A stretch of 64,000 nt of DNA from Eledone cirrhosa. Its lineage: Eukaryota. Positions within the stretch are counted from its first letter, which is position 1. Each line of letters starts with the position of its first letter. Under the pieces are notes generated by a model. The model saw only the letters and a list, made by a program, of their open reading frames with translations. It made no database searches and had not been told where the DNA came from. Positions 1 to 14,708 of this stretch are shown here, one piece after another. A program made the translations under genes and the position numbers. The stretch spans positions 321,098,001 to 321,162,000 of the forward strand of contig OZ024741.1 in NCBI GenBank assembly GCA_964016885.1. The letters are read 5' to 3'.

Positions 1-1732
1 ACATGCGTTTTCAAAAATGATGATAAGGCGGAGAAAGAGGTGAAGTTGTCAGTAGTTGTCATGGTATTGGGGGGTGGTTTTCGTTATAGCAGCAATAGTA
101 ATATTTGTTAATAGTAGCAAGGAAGTTGTTTTCCATAGTACAATTGTCCTTTTAGTATTGTAATAAAACAAAATACATATTTCATTTTACCTTTATATTT
201 CCATACATAATATATACATTGTTGCACAAGCACACGTTTTTCATTCAAACAATTTCTGTGTAACTACACTTTTTGTACATTTTCTATTTACATCATTGGA
301 ATGCCTATGGCGTCTACTCGATGTAATAAATCGACTTTGGTTAGCAACTTTCTTTGCGTTATTAGAATCTCCAAGTCCATTGACAGTAGCATGTGTGAAG
401 TTTAAAGTAAGGGAGATAAATATTACATTATGATAAGCTTTGCTTTTGAATTTCGTTTGTTGACATGGCAAATATGTCAGTTGTAGATAATAGCTCTCTT
501 ACACGAACCGTTATAATGGACGTTTCTGTTGACAAGATTTATAAACATATTGGAGCTCCAATCTTGACTTGAGATAGTGTGTCATCTGCACAAGATGTAA
601 TGAATCTTCTGAGATAGAAAAGATCTGTTTGATTATCTTCAGCTGCAAAGTCAAGACTACGAAAGATAATAGTTTCTCCTGGTGATCCTTTCATAATTTT
701 AGTTCAGTTTTTCACCTATATTTTTTGTAGTTAAAATAGCTGTTGATGATAACCATTGCTTAAGATATATTTGTGTGTGTGTGTGTGTGTGAAGGCGCGT
801 GGCTGAGTGATTATAGAATTGGAATCGTAAAGTTGTGAGTTTGATTCCTGGACCGGGCGATGTGTCTGTCCTTAGGAGAGAGAGATGAAAAGTCCCAATA
901 GCGGCACCATGCCGTTCCGGATTATGTGTTCAGCAAGCCTTTTCAAGAAAGTAGTAATATTTGTAAAGTGAGATAAAAAGAAAAGGTCATTAGTCTTGGT
1001 AGGGCATTTGTTAAATTTATCATAGTAGTAAACTGGTATGATTTAGAAATGAGCGGGGGCAGAGAACGGTAAGCGCATCTGGACAGGCAAGGGGTCAGAA
1101 GAAGGAAGTAGTGTGGATGGGGGTAGGCGTGGTCAGTGGGTATGAGTGGAGTAGAAGATCTAATATATAAGAATCCAATGATATTATATAATCGTATTTA
1201 TTGGATTATTTGTATTTCTGTGTCATCAGCGATGAACTGTTATGCAATCATTACAATAACAGCTGGCACCGGTGAGACCTCATCAGATGTTAATACAATT
1301 ATGTGAGTAGGTTGATATGTCTCTGGCTAAAGCTACAAAGTTTGAGAAAGTCCAGAGGATATATAACTCGCCACTTTTATCTTCATTCTGCTCTCTTGTA
1401 TCTATTTTCTCATTTGTGGATGTTTTATTTAATCCAAGTGTTGCCAGTTAAAGTATGTAGTCTATTTAAATTTTAGCTTTATCAGTTCTGTCAAGCCAGA
1501 AAACTTCAGTTTACGTGCGTATTCATCAATCACCATCCATTGTCTGCGGTTTTCAAATATTTATTGCTCCAGCTTTAGTCCTTCTGGGTTCAACAGACAC
1601 TGTGGTCATAGTAACATCAGTCTCATTTTTAACAACAGCACCAATGAAAATCTGGTTACAATGTCAATATGCCAAACCATGAACACAACAAACAATAACA
1701 ACAATGCCAGTAATAGTGGAGATAAAATAATA

Positions 1733-2066
1733 TAATTGTTTCTACTTTTGGCTCAAGGCCAGCAGTTACCCAGTGCATTACTGGTACTTTATTTTATCGA
1801 CCCCATAAGGATAAAAGGCAAAGTTAATCTCGGCGGGATTTGAACTCAGATCATAAAGGGCGGTAACTCTTTGCTGCAAAGCATGGCATCCGACTCTCTA
1901 CTAATACTGCCAATTCAATAATAATAATAATAATATTAACAATACCTGTGTTAATAATTGTTACTACTTTTGGCACTAGGCCAGCAATTACCCAGTGTAT
2001 TACTGGTACTTTATTTTATCGACCCCGTAAGGATGGAAGGCAAAGTTAACCTCGGCGAGATTTGAA
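1733..2066 (-). mobile_element. tRNA-derived SINEs (one near full-length, one truncated)
   Basis: A-box TGGCAGTAT..., B-box GAGTTCAAATCC, core GCCTTTCATCCTTACGGGGTCGATAAAATAAAGTACCAG, and an ATT tail. Confidence 0.85.
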
Positions 2067-2083
2067 ATACCTGTGTTAATAAT

Positions 2084-3580
2084 GGTTTCTTTATTGGCCA
2101 CAAGGGCTAACATGAAATAAAACATTAGAGACGGCACAGAACAGTACAGGAAGATACAAGTGGGTTTTGGTCGTGTAAACAGGTTATAACAAAATCGGGC
2201 TAGAAATCCAAAAAAATTCAAACAAGAAAAATTCCCCAAGAAGGGGGAAACCTCCGATGGTCACTCGTGGTGAAAACCACACAAAAGACCACGGCCACCC
2301 TGACCACCAGGGCAAGCGCCCTCTCTAACTTTTCCCACTCCTCAGTCTACAGGCGTATACTCAGAGCGGGCCCGTTCACTCGGACCAGACTCGCCACTTT
2401 CACCCACCTTTCAACAAACTTACTAGAAGACACCACTTGCCTCTCCACCAGGATTTTCCTCTTCAAGTGAAACTTGAAAAAGTTAATCAGGGATTGGCCG
2501 GAGGGGAAAGTGGCCGTCTTCAACCCTTTCAATCTTGTCCACCACACAATCTCTTTCGCCATAGCCATCAGGCAGATGAAAACTGCCTGCCCTTCCTCCT
2601 CTTTAAAGGAGGATGGCGGAACTATCTGCACAATGGACTCAGTCGATAACCGGATCCGTCCTACACACGCCAGCAGCTGTTCGACATAGCTCCACAAGTC
2701 AGCAATCCTCGGGCACTGAACGAGTGCATGCAGGACGGTTTCGTCGCCCTGCGCGCATCTCGGATAGGCTCGGCTGACAGCACCTCCGTGCTTGTAGAGC
2801 TTATCCCGAACCGGCAACGATCTCCAGTAGCACTGCCAGGCCAGGGATTTCTGGAAGTTGTTCATAGGCCCCGGTCTGAAAGTTCTCTTGAAGAAAGCGA
2901 ACAGCTGATTTTCTTCAACGCCCAGGGTCTCCCCGAGAACGTCGTCGCTCTTTCCCTCCACTAACCCTATATAGAACGCCGAGGAGGATGTTCTACCGAT
3001 ACTAGTGCCCAGCCGGTAGAGGGCGGTGAGCTCTTGGAGACATTCCAGCTTCCAAGCGCTATCCCTCGGTCTTTTCCTGATCCATGACTGCAGCTTCGTA
3101 AAGGAGACGAGCTGGGGAAAAGTGCGTCTGGCAAACGGCGACCACACCTGTTCACCGTCAAGGAAGCACCAGAGATGTCGCAACCTCAGCGCATGTTTGC
3201 GCATCATCAGCCACCGCATGCCTAGTCCTCCACGCAACGGGTGTTGACAGCAAATGGATCGTCTGACCATGGGAGCACGTCCCTTCTACAAAAAGCGGAA
3301 GAGAAGGCGCTCCTTTTTGGTCAGAGTTGGGCGGGGCAAGGTACGACGGTCAGGCGGTAGCAGATGACGGACACTATGTACGCATTCGCCACCTCCGCCC
3401 GACCTTTCAGAGACAGCCTCCTCTCGGCCCATTTCTGGGTGAGAGAGGCCACCCTGCTCGTCACCTCGCTCCAGTTTTTCTCCATCTGGAGGTCCGGACC
3501 GAACCAGACCCCGAGCAATTTAACCGGTCCTTCCGTCCAGCGCCCCACAACTCTGACGGACGGCATGGACTTGCCTCTCC
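2084..3580 (-). mobile_element. 5'-truncated Tx1 copy (end of RT, zinc finger, 3' UTR)
   Basis: ORFs 3321-3659 and 2347-3270 are homologous to the ORF2 C-terminus. Flanked by the direct repeat ATACCTGTGTTAATAAT. Confidence 0.9.
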
Positions 3581-3791
3581 ATATATATATACCTGTGTTA
3601 ATAATAAGGATGATAATCATTTCATCTAATGGCCACAAGGGCCGACATATAGAGGACAATACAAAAGAGGGGTCTTACAATAAAATTGAGTAAAAATACA
3701 CAATAATAAATACAATTAACTATGAATAAAATATATTAAATTATAAGGAAGATAATAAGAACGGTAGAATGATGATACAGTACGTCTAACA

Positions 3792-3969
3792 TAGTTCTAA
3801 TGATGAATAGTTCTAATGATAAAGAGTTCCAATGATAAAGAGTTCTAATGATAAAGAGCTCCAATGATAAAGAGTTCCAAGGATAAAGAGTTCCAATGAT
3901 AAAGAGTTCTAATGATAAAGAGTTCTAATGATAAAGAGTTCTAATGATAAAGAGTTCCAATGATAAAGA
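3792..3969 (+). repeat. 16-bp minisatellite GAGTTC(C/T)AATGATAAA, about 11 copies
   Basis: Direct tandem units visible in the sequence. Confidence 0.9.
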
Positions 3970-5737
3970 TATTTTTAAGTATGGGTTTACCTGAGGCTTC
4001 CTAAATCTTTGTCAGATGTCTGTGAGTTTCAATGGAGATCTAAAGGAGAAAATCTTCAAATGGGACAAAAGAATAGAGAAAACAGGAGACAAAGGAAATA
4101 TATGGTAATTAGGAGTAAAAGAAGCTGGTAGTTGTGAGTCTGAGAATCGAAATCATAACGTCGTGATTGCAAGCCGCGTGCCATCACATGCTAGGAGTAT
4201 AGGTAGGAGTATAATGAGGTTATTTAAGGTTATTAAAAGAATGTATTGCGTTTGTATTCTAAATATATAGACCGAAAATGTATTGACTATAGAATGTTTT
4301 CTAAATTTTGTATGAGTTCCTTAAGTCGTATTAGAATGTTGGGGAAATGATATGTAAAGAGGGGCTTTGGGTGTAAATGGGAAAGAATGGATATGAAGTG
4401 TGTGTATAATTAGGAAGAACGGTCAGTTGTGGAAAAATTGTGTGAACGGAGGGAGGCGGGAGGCCTAGGTAAAATGAAAACAATAACATTAAAACAATAG
4501 AATTTAATGGTAAAATTAAAAGCAAAAATAAAATAACGGTAAAATTAAAAATAAAAAGGTAAAGATGTAAAGTAAAATAACAACAAAAATAAAGGTGCAA
4601 GTGGAAATAAAAATAAAAATAGAAGATAATATAATGTATTACAGAGATGTGTTTTGAAAATGTTAAGATTTTAAACTTCTAAGATGTAATAGATAAGTGA
4701 ATGAAAGAAAGTAAAGGTATAAATACACATAAGTAAAATAAAAGATGCAATATATTAGTATAAAATGAGTATAAAGGATTTAAATGTGATCCTCTAGAGG
4801 GTCTCGTATGGCTACAAGAAACCAACAAAAAGGAAATCACGGTTGATAATATAATATAAATAAAATCTAGTAAAATAAAATATAGAATAAAATAAAATGA
4901 AATAATCTATGAGTAAGAAATGTGGGTGGGATCGTAGTAAGCATAAATGAAAGCAAAAATAATAGCAAAAATAATGCAAAACTAGAAATAGCTAAATAGA
5001 TAGAGGATAATTAGTATGCAGGGAAGATAGCAGATAGCGGTCGGGGTATGTTCAATTCGTGACAGAATTACACTACAAATGTTCAAAATCTACCTGAAAA
5101 GGTAGCTTTTAAAGATAACTTTTGAAAAGAAACACTAAGAGTCAGTTCTCAAAATACCTTTAGGAAACCTCCAGAAACTTTATAAAAACTCCAAAACCTT
5201 TTTTAAAAAAATTAAAATCCTTAAAAACAAACTCTATAACCTTTAAAAAGTATTTCTTTCAACTTATAAGGCCCTTAAAAGCCAATATATAAAAACGATG
5301 ACCTTTAAAAACTGACTTTCAAAACAGCCATCTTAAAAAGTAACGCTTTTCCAAAAAAAAGGAACTTTCTCTTAAAAATACTTTCCTTTAAAAATACTTC
5401 CTTTAAAAAAAATAACCCTTTTGAAAAAAAATAAAATATATAATTCATAATCAATAATTAATTCCAGACGTTTCGATAATGGTCCGTTCTCTCTCTATAA
5501 GGGGCTTACATGTACAAATAAATGGTGCACGTATATTACCATCTATACAGTACCAGTATGATTCACTTCTGTAATAATGTGTCTGTATATGTGCAATGTA
5601 GTATCAGCAATGATGTATAACTTAAGTATTATTTGGCTGAGACTTATATTTATGATGTAGGTAAAGCTCAACCTAGAAGCTGAATGTGCAAGAAATTAAA
5701 TAATTAGATATTAAATACATAATTAAATATATAAATA

Positions 5738-5905
5738 GATGAGGGTGTCCTTGGCCCTAGGGCCACCTTCCTACTCACCACCATCGGCACAGAGTTGGCT
5801 ACCCGCAAGTGTGAGCTGGAATGGCTCTTCCAGCGCGTCTCCCTCACCATCCTCCGAGGAAACGCCTTCTCTATTATGTCCGCCAGGGCCACGGGGGCGG
5901 CCAGT
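5738..5905 (+). mobile_element. Short 3' fragment of the same CRE-like family
   Basis: Encodes IGTELATRKCELEWLFQRVSLTILRGNAFSI, homologous to 41365-41500. Confidence 0.75.
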
Positions 5906-6555
5906 ACGTTAGCCCCATTTGCTCATGATAGCGAGAGATGTGGAGAGAGGGAGAGACGGAAGCAGTGACAGTTGGAGTTTGGTTCCTTTGTGTTCGGACC
6001 TGGTGTGTATATGCTTCGCGGACACACACTCACATTGAGGTAGTGTAGTTAGTCAATAGATAAGTGAATAAATAAACGAATGAACGGGGTCCAAAGTGTT
6101 GTGGTATTTGCTGCCAAGAACTCTGAAAAAATATATCTACTCAAATTATTTTTAAGATTGATGTATTTACCATATCTGATTTGTAGACGTTAGTAAATTA
6201 TGCTGTCCCATGATACCTTTTTGGCTGCTATTCTGAATTTCTAACTATCGATATGTTTTAAGAAATATATTGGTTAGTCTGTGATGGCAGCTGCTAAATA
6301 GGTCTTCTATTAACTACTAGCGACTTTCTACTTACTATTTCTATGACCGCGGTCGTACACAACTAACATACGTCGGAACTGCCACGCGAGAGGGAATACT
6401 TTAAGTTATTTAATCTGTCTCCACACCTGTTCGGAAAACAACGAATCAAACAATACTGTACAATGAAGATATATAATAGTTTGATGCTTGATATAGTAGG
6501 AAACGAGTCTTTATGTATGTGTGTGTGTATATTTATATATATATATGTGTGTGTG

Positions 6556-6659
<104 letters not shown>

Positions 6660-7302
6660 GAGACACAGAGAAAGAAGCGGAAATGATGAACATATGAACA
6701 AGAAGACTAAGAAGGTAGATAGAACACTGGCTTGACGTCACGGTTTAGTGTGATGAGACGTTTTATCTAATACGTCTTGTAACAGACGAACAGAGAAATC
6801 AGACAAAGATTGTGAGAACCTGAAATACCTTACAGTTTAGGGTTGTAAATGTGTTGTTGTTGTTGTTGTTGTTGTTGTTGCTGTTGTTGTTTTCTAATCA
6901 GCAATTTCTTTATTCTTGTGAGGCTTAGTAGTTTGTCTATAAGTGAAGAAGCGAAGAATTGAGTCGTCAGATAGAATGTTTTACAATATTTGTTCCGGCT
7001 CTCTGAACTGTGAGTTAAAATCTCGTCCAGGTCAACTTTGTCTTTCATCCTTTCGACGTCGATAAATAATTACCAGTCTAGTACTGTGGTCGGTTTTTCT
7101 TCTATAGTTTTTTTTCTCGCTTCCTCTCTATTACTCCCCCTACGCTGGAAGACATCACCTGTGTTCAAACCTGGAGAGGTATAAACTATGCCACGTTTAA
7201 AATGACCAAGAAACGCTATATACAACGCCCTAACGACTGCATTATTGTTGTTTTCTTTTAATGCAAACTATGATGAATTTTACTTTTCTTTCTTTTACTT
7301 AA

Positions 7303-7922
7303 TAATTGTTTCCACTGTTGGCACAAAGCCAAAAATTATCCCAGTTTTACTGGTACTTTATTTTATCGACCCCGTAAGGATGAAAGACAAAGTTAACCTC
7401 GGCGCGATTTGAACTCTGAACTTAAAGGGCCGTAACTCTTTGCTGCAAAGCATGGCGTCTGACCCTCTACTGATACTGCAAATCCACCGCCCTTTCTTTT
7501 ATTTAATAATTATTTCTAATTTTGGCACCAGGCCAGCAATTACCCAGTGCATTACTGGTACTTTATTTTATCGACCCCGAAAGGATGAAAGGCAAAGTTA
7601 CCCTTGGCGGGATTTGAACTCAGGATGGCAAGGGCCGTAACTATGCATCAAAGCATGGCGTCCGACCCTCTACCGATACTGCCAATCCACCACTCTTTTA
7701 TTTAATAATGATTTCTTATATAGGCACAAGCCCAGTAATTTGGGGGAGGGAGAAGTCGATTAAATCGACCCCAGTACATTACTGGTGCTTTATTTTATCG
7801 ACCCCGTAAGGATGAAAGGCAAAGGTAACCTCGGCGGGATTTGAACTCAGACCGTAGAGGGCCGTAACTCTATGCTGCAAAGCATGGTGTCCGACCCTCT
7901 ACTGATACTGCCAATCCACCGC
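7303..7922 (-). mobile_element. Tandem array of three tRNA-derived SINEs
   Basis: Three consecutive ~190-215 bp copies of the same consensus. Confidence 0.9.
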
Positions 7923-9703
7923 TCTTTCTTTTATTTAATAATGATCATAAATATTAAATTCTGCATACAAACATATTATAACTGCGGAATATATTTGAAA
8001 GATTTCCTGTTTTTTAAGCCATGTCATTGTATGAAAGGGGTGTGAGTAGTTCAGTGTTTGAGTATAATCGTTTGAATCTATATTGGAAGTTGAAGAAAGC
8101 GATAAGAAGTTATTCATGTCAAGGATGTTATTTATTGTGATGACTGTTTTTGCGAACTCTAATTATTGTGTTGGTATAAAGTGCTGCTACCAGGCATTTT
8201 TAAAGTTTGTAAACATATGTCTTTTTTATCATTGATGTGAGACTATCATGAAGACTGACAGGTGATCAAAAGACAGCCAAGTACATGGTACCGAGCGTAG
8301 TGATCAAAGAGGAGTTATCATAATTAGTTTGATGTGTTGCTTGATTAATTATATATGCTGTTGGTTAATTGAATGTGTTGGAACAAGTTGCTTAGAAATT
8401 AAAAGTACTGATTACTTATGATGCTAGTGTATTAACTCTTGGATTTGTATCTTCCGGTGGTGATGTTTTGACATGTGCTAAGGTGTTGTAGTTGATGTAG
8501 GAATACTGGTTTGATTACTAGTGATATGCATATATTTACTATAGTAGTGTGTTTCGTGTTATCTTTGTTTTCAATGTTTGTTTTTCTAAAGTGTTGTCAT
8601 TCCTTATCGGTGTTCATGTGCCGTGTGTCGTATCGATAGACTGAATGCATGATTTTATATCTATGTTATGTGGCCTGTCCAGTCTTGTCGAAACGTAATA
8701 AGTGATTTAATATTGACCAAGAAATGCCATATTGTAGCTTTAGTTATTGAGGTCTCTTAGTTCTGTAATGTATCTATAGATTGGTACCAAATTAGCAGAG
8801 TTGTAAGGGCCTCAACTTAAGTGTCATTCTAATATTTATCCCGACTTTCTGTGCCCTGAGTTAAAATCCAATGGAGATTAATGTTGCCTTTTATACTTTC
8901 CGGATCGATAAATCAATAAAGTACCAATCCAAAATAGTGGATTGGAAAAATTGTTAGAGCGTCGTATATGATGCCTTCTAAATTTGCCATGGTTGTTACT
9001 ATTGTTAAACCATATCGGCCCTTGCCATTCCATTGAACAGCATTGGTGGTTTGGATGAGGACACTTGCATGTATACGCGACAGATAGTATTTAACAAAAT
9101 AAACTGTGACCACGCCTGCGGCTTGGAGAAGAAAATCTCAGGTCTATATCTATTGTCTTATGAGACATACGGAAGCCTTGAAGACCGTTTCTGTTATATG
9201 ACAATATGGTCAGCATTCATGGCTATGTTATTTAATATGGGTTTTGTTATATTATGCTTATAAATGTTGATGCTAAGTACTTTGTACAACAGGTTTATTG
9301 TTGGACCTGCGGACAATATAGAGATATAAGCGTTTAAGTCGGCGAACGACTCCCAGAAACTTCAGTTTTTCTTTGCTTTCCATCTAATGTTTATTTTAAA
9401 AGACCCCGTTTTATTGGCGATAGCCAGTGCTGAGAGTGTGAGAGAGAAAATAAGAGAAAAGAAGAGAATTAAAGAGAACGAATGAGAATTTGCTGTAGTA
9501 ATTGACTGGAAATGTATATAAAAGAATAATTGTGGCACAGCGGGAAACATTTCTGAAAGTACGTACTTTTCTTCTTAATATTCTTTTCAATTTCCATCGA
9601 ATGACTACTATCCAACATGTTCTACACTCTCTCTATTTTTTTCCTGACAGCATAACAATATTTTGTGTGCTCGGGTTCACCATTTATTTCGTGTTTATAT
9701 TTA

Positions 9704-9868
9704 TAATTGTTTCTACTTTTGGCACAAGGCCAGCAAGTACCCAGTGTACTACTGGTACTTTATTTTATCGACCCTGTAAGGATGAAAGGTAAAGTTAACC
9801 TCGGCGGGATTTGAACACAGAATGGCAAGGGCCTTAACTCTATGCGTCAAAGCATGGCGTCCGACCCT
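9704..9868 (-). mobile_element. tRNA-derived SINE
   Basis: Matches the SINE consensus. Confidence 0.85.
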
Positions 9869-10320
9869 AACTATTATTGTTGTGCTGTCTTCTGTGTTAC
9901 GTGTTGGTGGTTGGTGTTTTGTTTTATTGTGTTGTGATGGGGGGGGGTCGTTTTGTTATTGCCAGAAATAATAATAAAATACTCTTTGGTTTCGATCGGT
10001 TTTCGCTTCTGTATATTTTATATCCCTATAGTTAATTTAACTGGCAATAGACATTACAATACAACGGGAGGAAGGAAATATAATAGTACCACTGATGATG
10101 TCACAGGTGTGTGATGAAAGAACTTTGATAGACTATATATATATATACATATATCATATATTAATTTATATTAACTTGTATATATATATATACATATATT
10201 TGTATATGTGTGTGTACAGTATTTGCATCTACATGTGAGTGTGTGTATCCTCGTATCTATATATTATGTGTGTGTGTATATATATATAACGTATGTAGTT
10301 AGGGCTCTTCCCTGAGGTGC

Positions 10321-10411
10321 TCCCTTGATAAGCTGGCTTACCTCACAACAATGTTACATATCTATGATATAACATTTTTGCATAGTGACCAGCGAAACTG
10401 TACAGTCGGGA
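10321..10411 (+). ncRNA. Type I hammerhead ribozyme, U3-A8 variant, GUC site
   Basis: TCCC-TTGATAA-GCTGG...CCAGC-GAAA-CTGTACAG-TC-GGGA. Stems I and II pair perfectly; stem III is palindromic. Confidence 0.8.
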
Positions 10412-10631
10412 CTAAAGTGAAAAATAGGTATATTGTATCTATTATTCCTTTTTATAATATTTTACATAACTCTGATATTGTGTCAATTTAATTATTTCGA
10501 TAATCTTGTCTCTCATAATCATACAGTAACACTGGTTAAGGTCGACAACATACAATCTCACATACTTGTGAAAAATATATGTTTATATATACATGTATAT
10601 GTATGTATACACATATATCTGTATACCTCTC

Positions 10632-11023
10632 ATTGATTGGCAGTATCGGTAGAGAGTCGGACGCTATGCTTTCCAGCATAGTTACGTCCCTTTACGGTCT
10701 GAGTTCAAATCCCGCCGAGGTTCACTTTGCCTTTCATCCTTACGGGGTCGATAAAATAAAGTACCAGTAATGCACTGGGTAATTGATGGCCTTGTGCCAA
10801 AAGTAGAAACAATTATTGTCTCTAAGGCGGTGGATTGGCAGTATCGGTAGAGGATCGGATGCCATGCTTTCCAGCATAGTTACGTCCCTTTACGATCTGA
10901 GTTCAAATCCCGCCGAGGTTGACTTTGCCTTTCATCCTTACGGGGTCGATAAAATAAAGTACCAGTAATGCACTGGGGTATTTGCTGGCCTTGTGCCTAA
11001 AGTAGAAACAATTATTGTCTCTA
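10632..11023 (+). mobile_element. Two tandem tRNA-derived SINEs nested in the HHR direct-repeat unit
   Basis: Two copies, each ending AGAAACAATTATTGTCTCTA. Confidence 0.9.
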
Positions 11024-11286
11024 ACTCCCTCACGGTAGAGTAACCACGGAAGTATAGTAACTGCTTTCAAGCAAACACTATATACACTTCTAGTCAACCT
11101 TACTACCCTTCTGTAGCCTCTGTATCATATCAATATCTCCCTCCGCCCTCTGAGATATTTTTCACTGCTACAAGGGATTAATCCCCTTTCTTGACCGGTG
11201 TATCACGTGATAGAGTCGCCCTCCGCCTTTCTGAGATTTTCTCGCATGCTACGGACTCATGTAGTTAGGGCTCTTCCCTGAGGTGC

Positions 11287-11377
11287 TCCCTTGATAAGCT
11301 GGCTTACCTCACAACAATGTTATATATCTATGATATAACATTCTTGCAGAGTGACCAGCGAAACTGTACAGTCGGGA
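11287..11377 (+). ncRNA. Type I hammerhead ribozyme, second copy
   Basis: Same core and stems as 10321-10411. Confidence 0.8.
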
Positions 11378-11435
11378 CTAAGGGTATAAAAAATAGGTAT
11401 ATTGTATCTATTATTCCTTTTTATAATATTTTACA

Positions 11436-11912
<477 letters not shown>

Positions 11913-11974
11913 AGAGCTTCCAACAGAAATGGTCGCATTCTTTAAGGGTATGTCAATATTTATTTATAAAACTG

Positions 11975-12275
11975 ATCTATCTATCTATCTATCTAAGGCG
12001 GGTAAAATTCCCGAGATCCATGGACGAGTTCTCTCCAGCGGTCTCTGTCCCCCATTATCGCTGCCATATCCCGCATCTCCAACAGACCAGTGTCTGTCCT
12101 TAGGGCATCAACATATGTTAACCTTGGTCTTCCTCTTCTAGTGTGTCCATGTAGGGGCTCCCAAAGGAGCACTGAGTGCAATGTCAACTCTGGATGTCGG
12201 TGAGCATGTCCAGCCAACCTCAGTCTTCTCTGTGTCACTTTTGAGCTGACTCTTGGGATGCTCCCATACAGCTCT
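11975..12275 (-). mobile_element. RTE-clade LINE 3' fragment with a (TAGA)n tail
   Basis: RRLRLAGHAHRH...[24 protein letters not shown]...DRDRWR. Confidence 0.8.
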
Positions 12276-12286
12276 GATCTATATTA

Positions 12287-12351
12287 TATTTTATCTGATG
12301 AAAGCACACCATAATTTGACTTGGTGTCCTTGAAATATGTATAATGAAATA
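12287..12351 (+). ncRNA. Type I hammerhead ribozyme (TATATA family)
   Basis: TATTTTAT-CTGATGA-AAGCACACCA..TGGTGTCCTT-GAAA-TATGTA-TA-ATGAAATA. Confidence 0.7.
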
Positions 12352-12477
12352 AATATGGTTTTATAAATATAGTTTCCATTTGTTAATATATCGTATTTTT
12401 ACTCCAATAATTTGTTGAGTGCTTTATATCAGTTATAAAAATATTTGCTTGTTGTATCCCAACAATTTGAATATAAC

Positions 12478-12550
<73 letters not shown>

Positions 12551-12559
12551 TATACATAT

Positions 12560-12642
<83 letters not shown>

Positions 12643-12997
12643 TATATATATATTCTTTAAATATTCATTGTTTAAAAGCAAATTAGTCAACATCAAATAT
12701 TTCGATAGACATATTCCTCGAAAGATATTTTAAAAATGAAATTCATAGATAAACAGAGAAATACATTAGAATATAACGCAGATCAATTTTTTTTAGACAA
12801 CTGCTTGTAATTTTTAAATGACAAGAAAAAATGTTTAATTAAATATATTTTCAATTTATTTTCTGTTTATAAGATTTTTTAAGAACATTAATATAAATAG
12901 AAATACAATGAAACTTCTCTCGAGACGTTTTGTCTGTCTTGTCATAATTTATATCATCCCAAACAGCATTAATGTTGTAATTGTTTAATAGGTTTAA

Positions 12998-14050
12998 TAA
13001 TTGTTTCTACTTTTGGCACAAGGCCAGCAATTATCCCAGTACATTAGTAGTACTTTATTTTATCGACCCCGTAAGGATGAAAGGCAAAGTTAACCTCGGC
13101 GGGATTTGAACTCAGACTATAAATAGGCGAAACTCTATGCTGCAAAGCATGGCTTCTGACCTTCTACCGATACTGCCAATCCCCCGCTCTTAATAGCTTT
13201 AATAATGATTTCTACTACAGACACAAGGCCAGCAATTTGATGGGAGGAGAAAATCGATTAAATTGACCCCAGTGTATTACTGGTGCTTTATTTTATCGAC
13301 TCCGTAAGGATGAAAAGCAAAGTTAATTTCTGCGGGATTTGAACTTAGAACTTAAAGAGCCGTAACTCTCTACTGCAAAGTATGGTGTCCGACGCTCTAC
13401 CGATTCTGCTAATCTACCGCCCTGTTAATAGCTATAATAGTAAACTCTGACATAGGCAGAAAATGACACCAAACAAGGTTGGTCTATACTTGATCTATAC
13501 TTAGATTTAGGTCTGAGTTCAAATCCTGTCGAGTTCAACTTTACCTTTCATCCTTCCGCATTCAATAATATAATGTGTCAGTCAAGTACTGTCTAGATTT
13601 AACTGACTTTCCCTGCTCCCAAAAATTGCTGGCCTTGTGCTAGAATTAGAAATATATAATTACATCTAACACAGGTACATGACCAAAATAATTTAATCGA
13701 TATTATTACTGGGATGATATTTAAGCAGTAGTGGTGAATTGGCAGACACGTTAGAGAGTAGAGCAAATGCATAGCATTTACGTCCCTTTACGTTCTGAGT
13801 TCAAATCCCGCAGAAATTAACTTTGCCTTTCCTCCTTAAGGGGATCGATAAAATAAGTACCAGTAACGCTTCTTGACCTTGTGCCTAAAGCAGAGACCAT
13901 TATTTGTACCTGATCTTTACCTTCTGAGTTCAAATTCCACCGATGTCAATTATGACTTTCACCCTTCCGTGGTCGATAAAATAAAGTGCAACTTAAATAG
14001 CGTATTGATATAATCGACTTTCCTCTCTCCCAAATTTCTGACCTTGTGCA
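12998..14050. mobile_element. SINE cluster (two minus-strand, about three plus-strand diverged copies)
   Basis: Repeated B-box and core motifs in both orientations. Confidence 0.8.
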
Positions 14051-14568
14051 TTTTAAAAACTATTTCCCTGTCTCTAGCATATCTATGTCAAGGAAAGTAA
14101 CGATTTAGTAAAGTGTTTATATTTTCTGGTTGTCACATATACATTCTTTAATTCTAGACTAAAATGTTTATATTACTATACTTGGCGTGGTAATACAGTC
14201 TTTAGAATAGTAGGCTGTGTTCCGTATATAGCAGTGGTGGTAGTGGTGTTTGTTATAATCCGCAAAGAAAAGTCATGTTTTAATTATTCTTTTTTCCAGA
14301 TTAACAAATTTAGCTATTCTTTTCTGCGGATGTAATGCTTTTCTCAGGTTTATTATTTAGCTAAGAAACCAAAAACAGGGGCAGTTTAAGTATTGAAAAT
14401 ATAAATATTGCTTTTTCACATTACAAAGTAGAGAAGCTTACATTCGAAAGCGTGTTTTATAGTCGCTCTTGTTAATAATGTTATAAATAATTTTGTCTAG
14501 CCTAAGTGAGATAAATTGTGTTTATTTCATTGTTATAATAGTAAGGAATGGTAAGAGAGCTTACCAGT

Positions 14569-14632
<64 letters not shown>

Positions 14633-14655
14633 GCCGAGCAAGCTCGACATGATGA

Positions 14656-14708
<53 letters not shown>

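Noticed and set aside
1195-1300. Two minus-strand CTGATGA motifs
   Set aside because: One lacks stem I pairing and the other lacks GAAA.
3792-3969. CRISPR-like regular repeat
   Set aside because: Contiguous 16-bp units with no spacers, eukaryotic context and no cas genes.
10635-10720. tRNA gene suggested by A and B boxes
   Set aside because: It is a SINE head: no full cloverleaf, and it is repeated with a SINE body.
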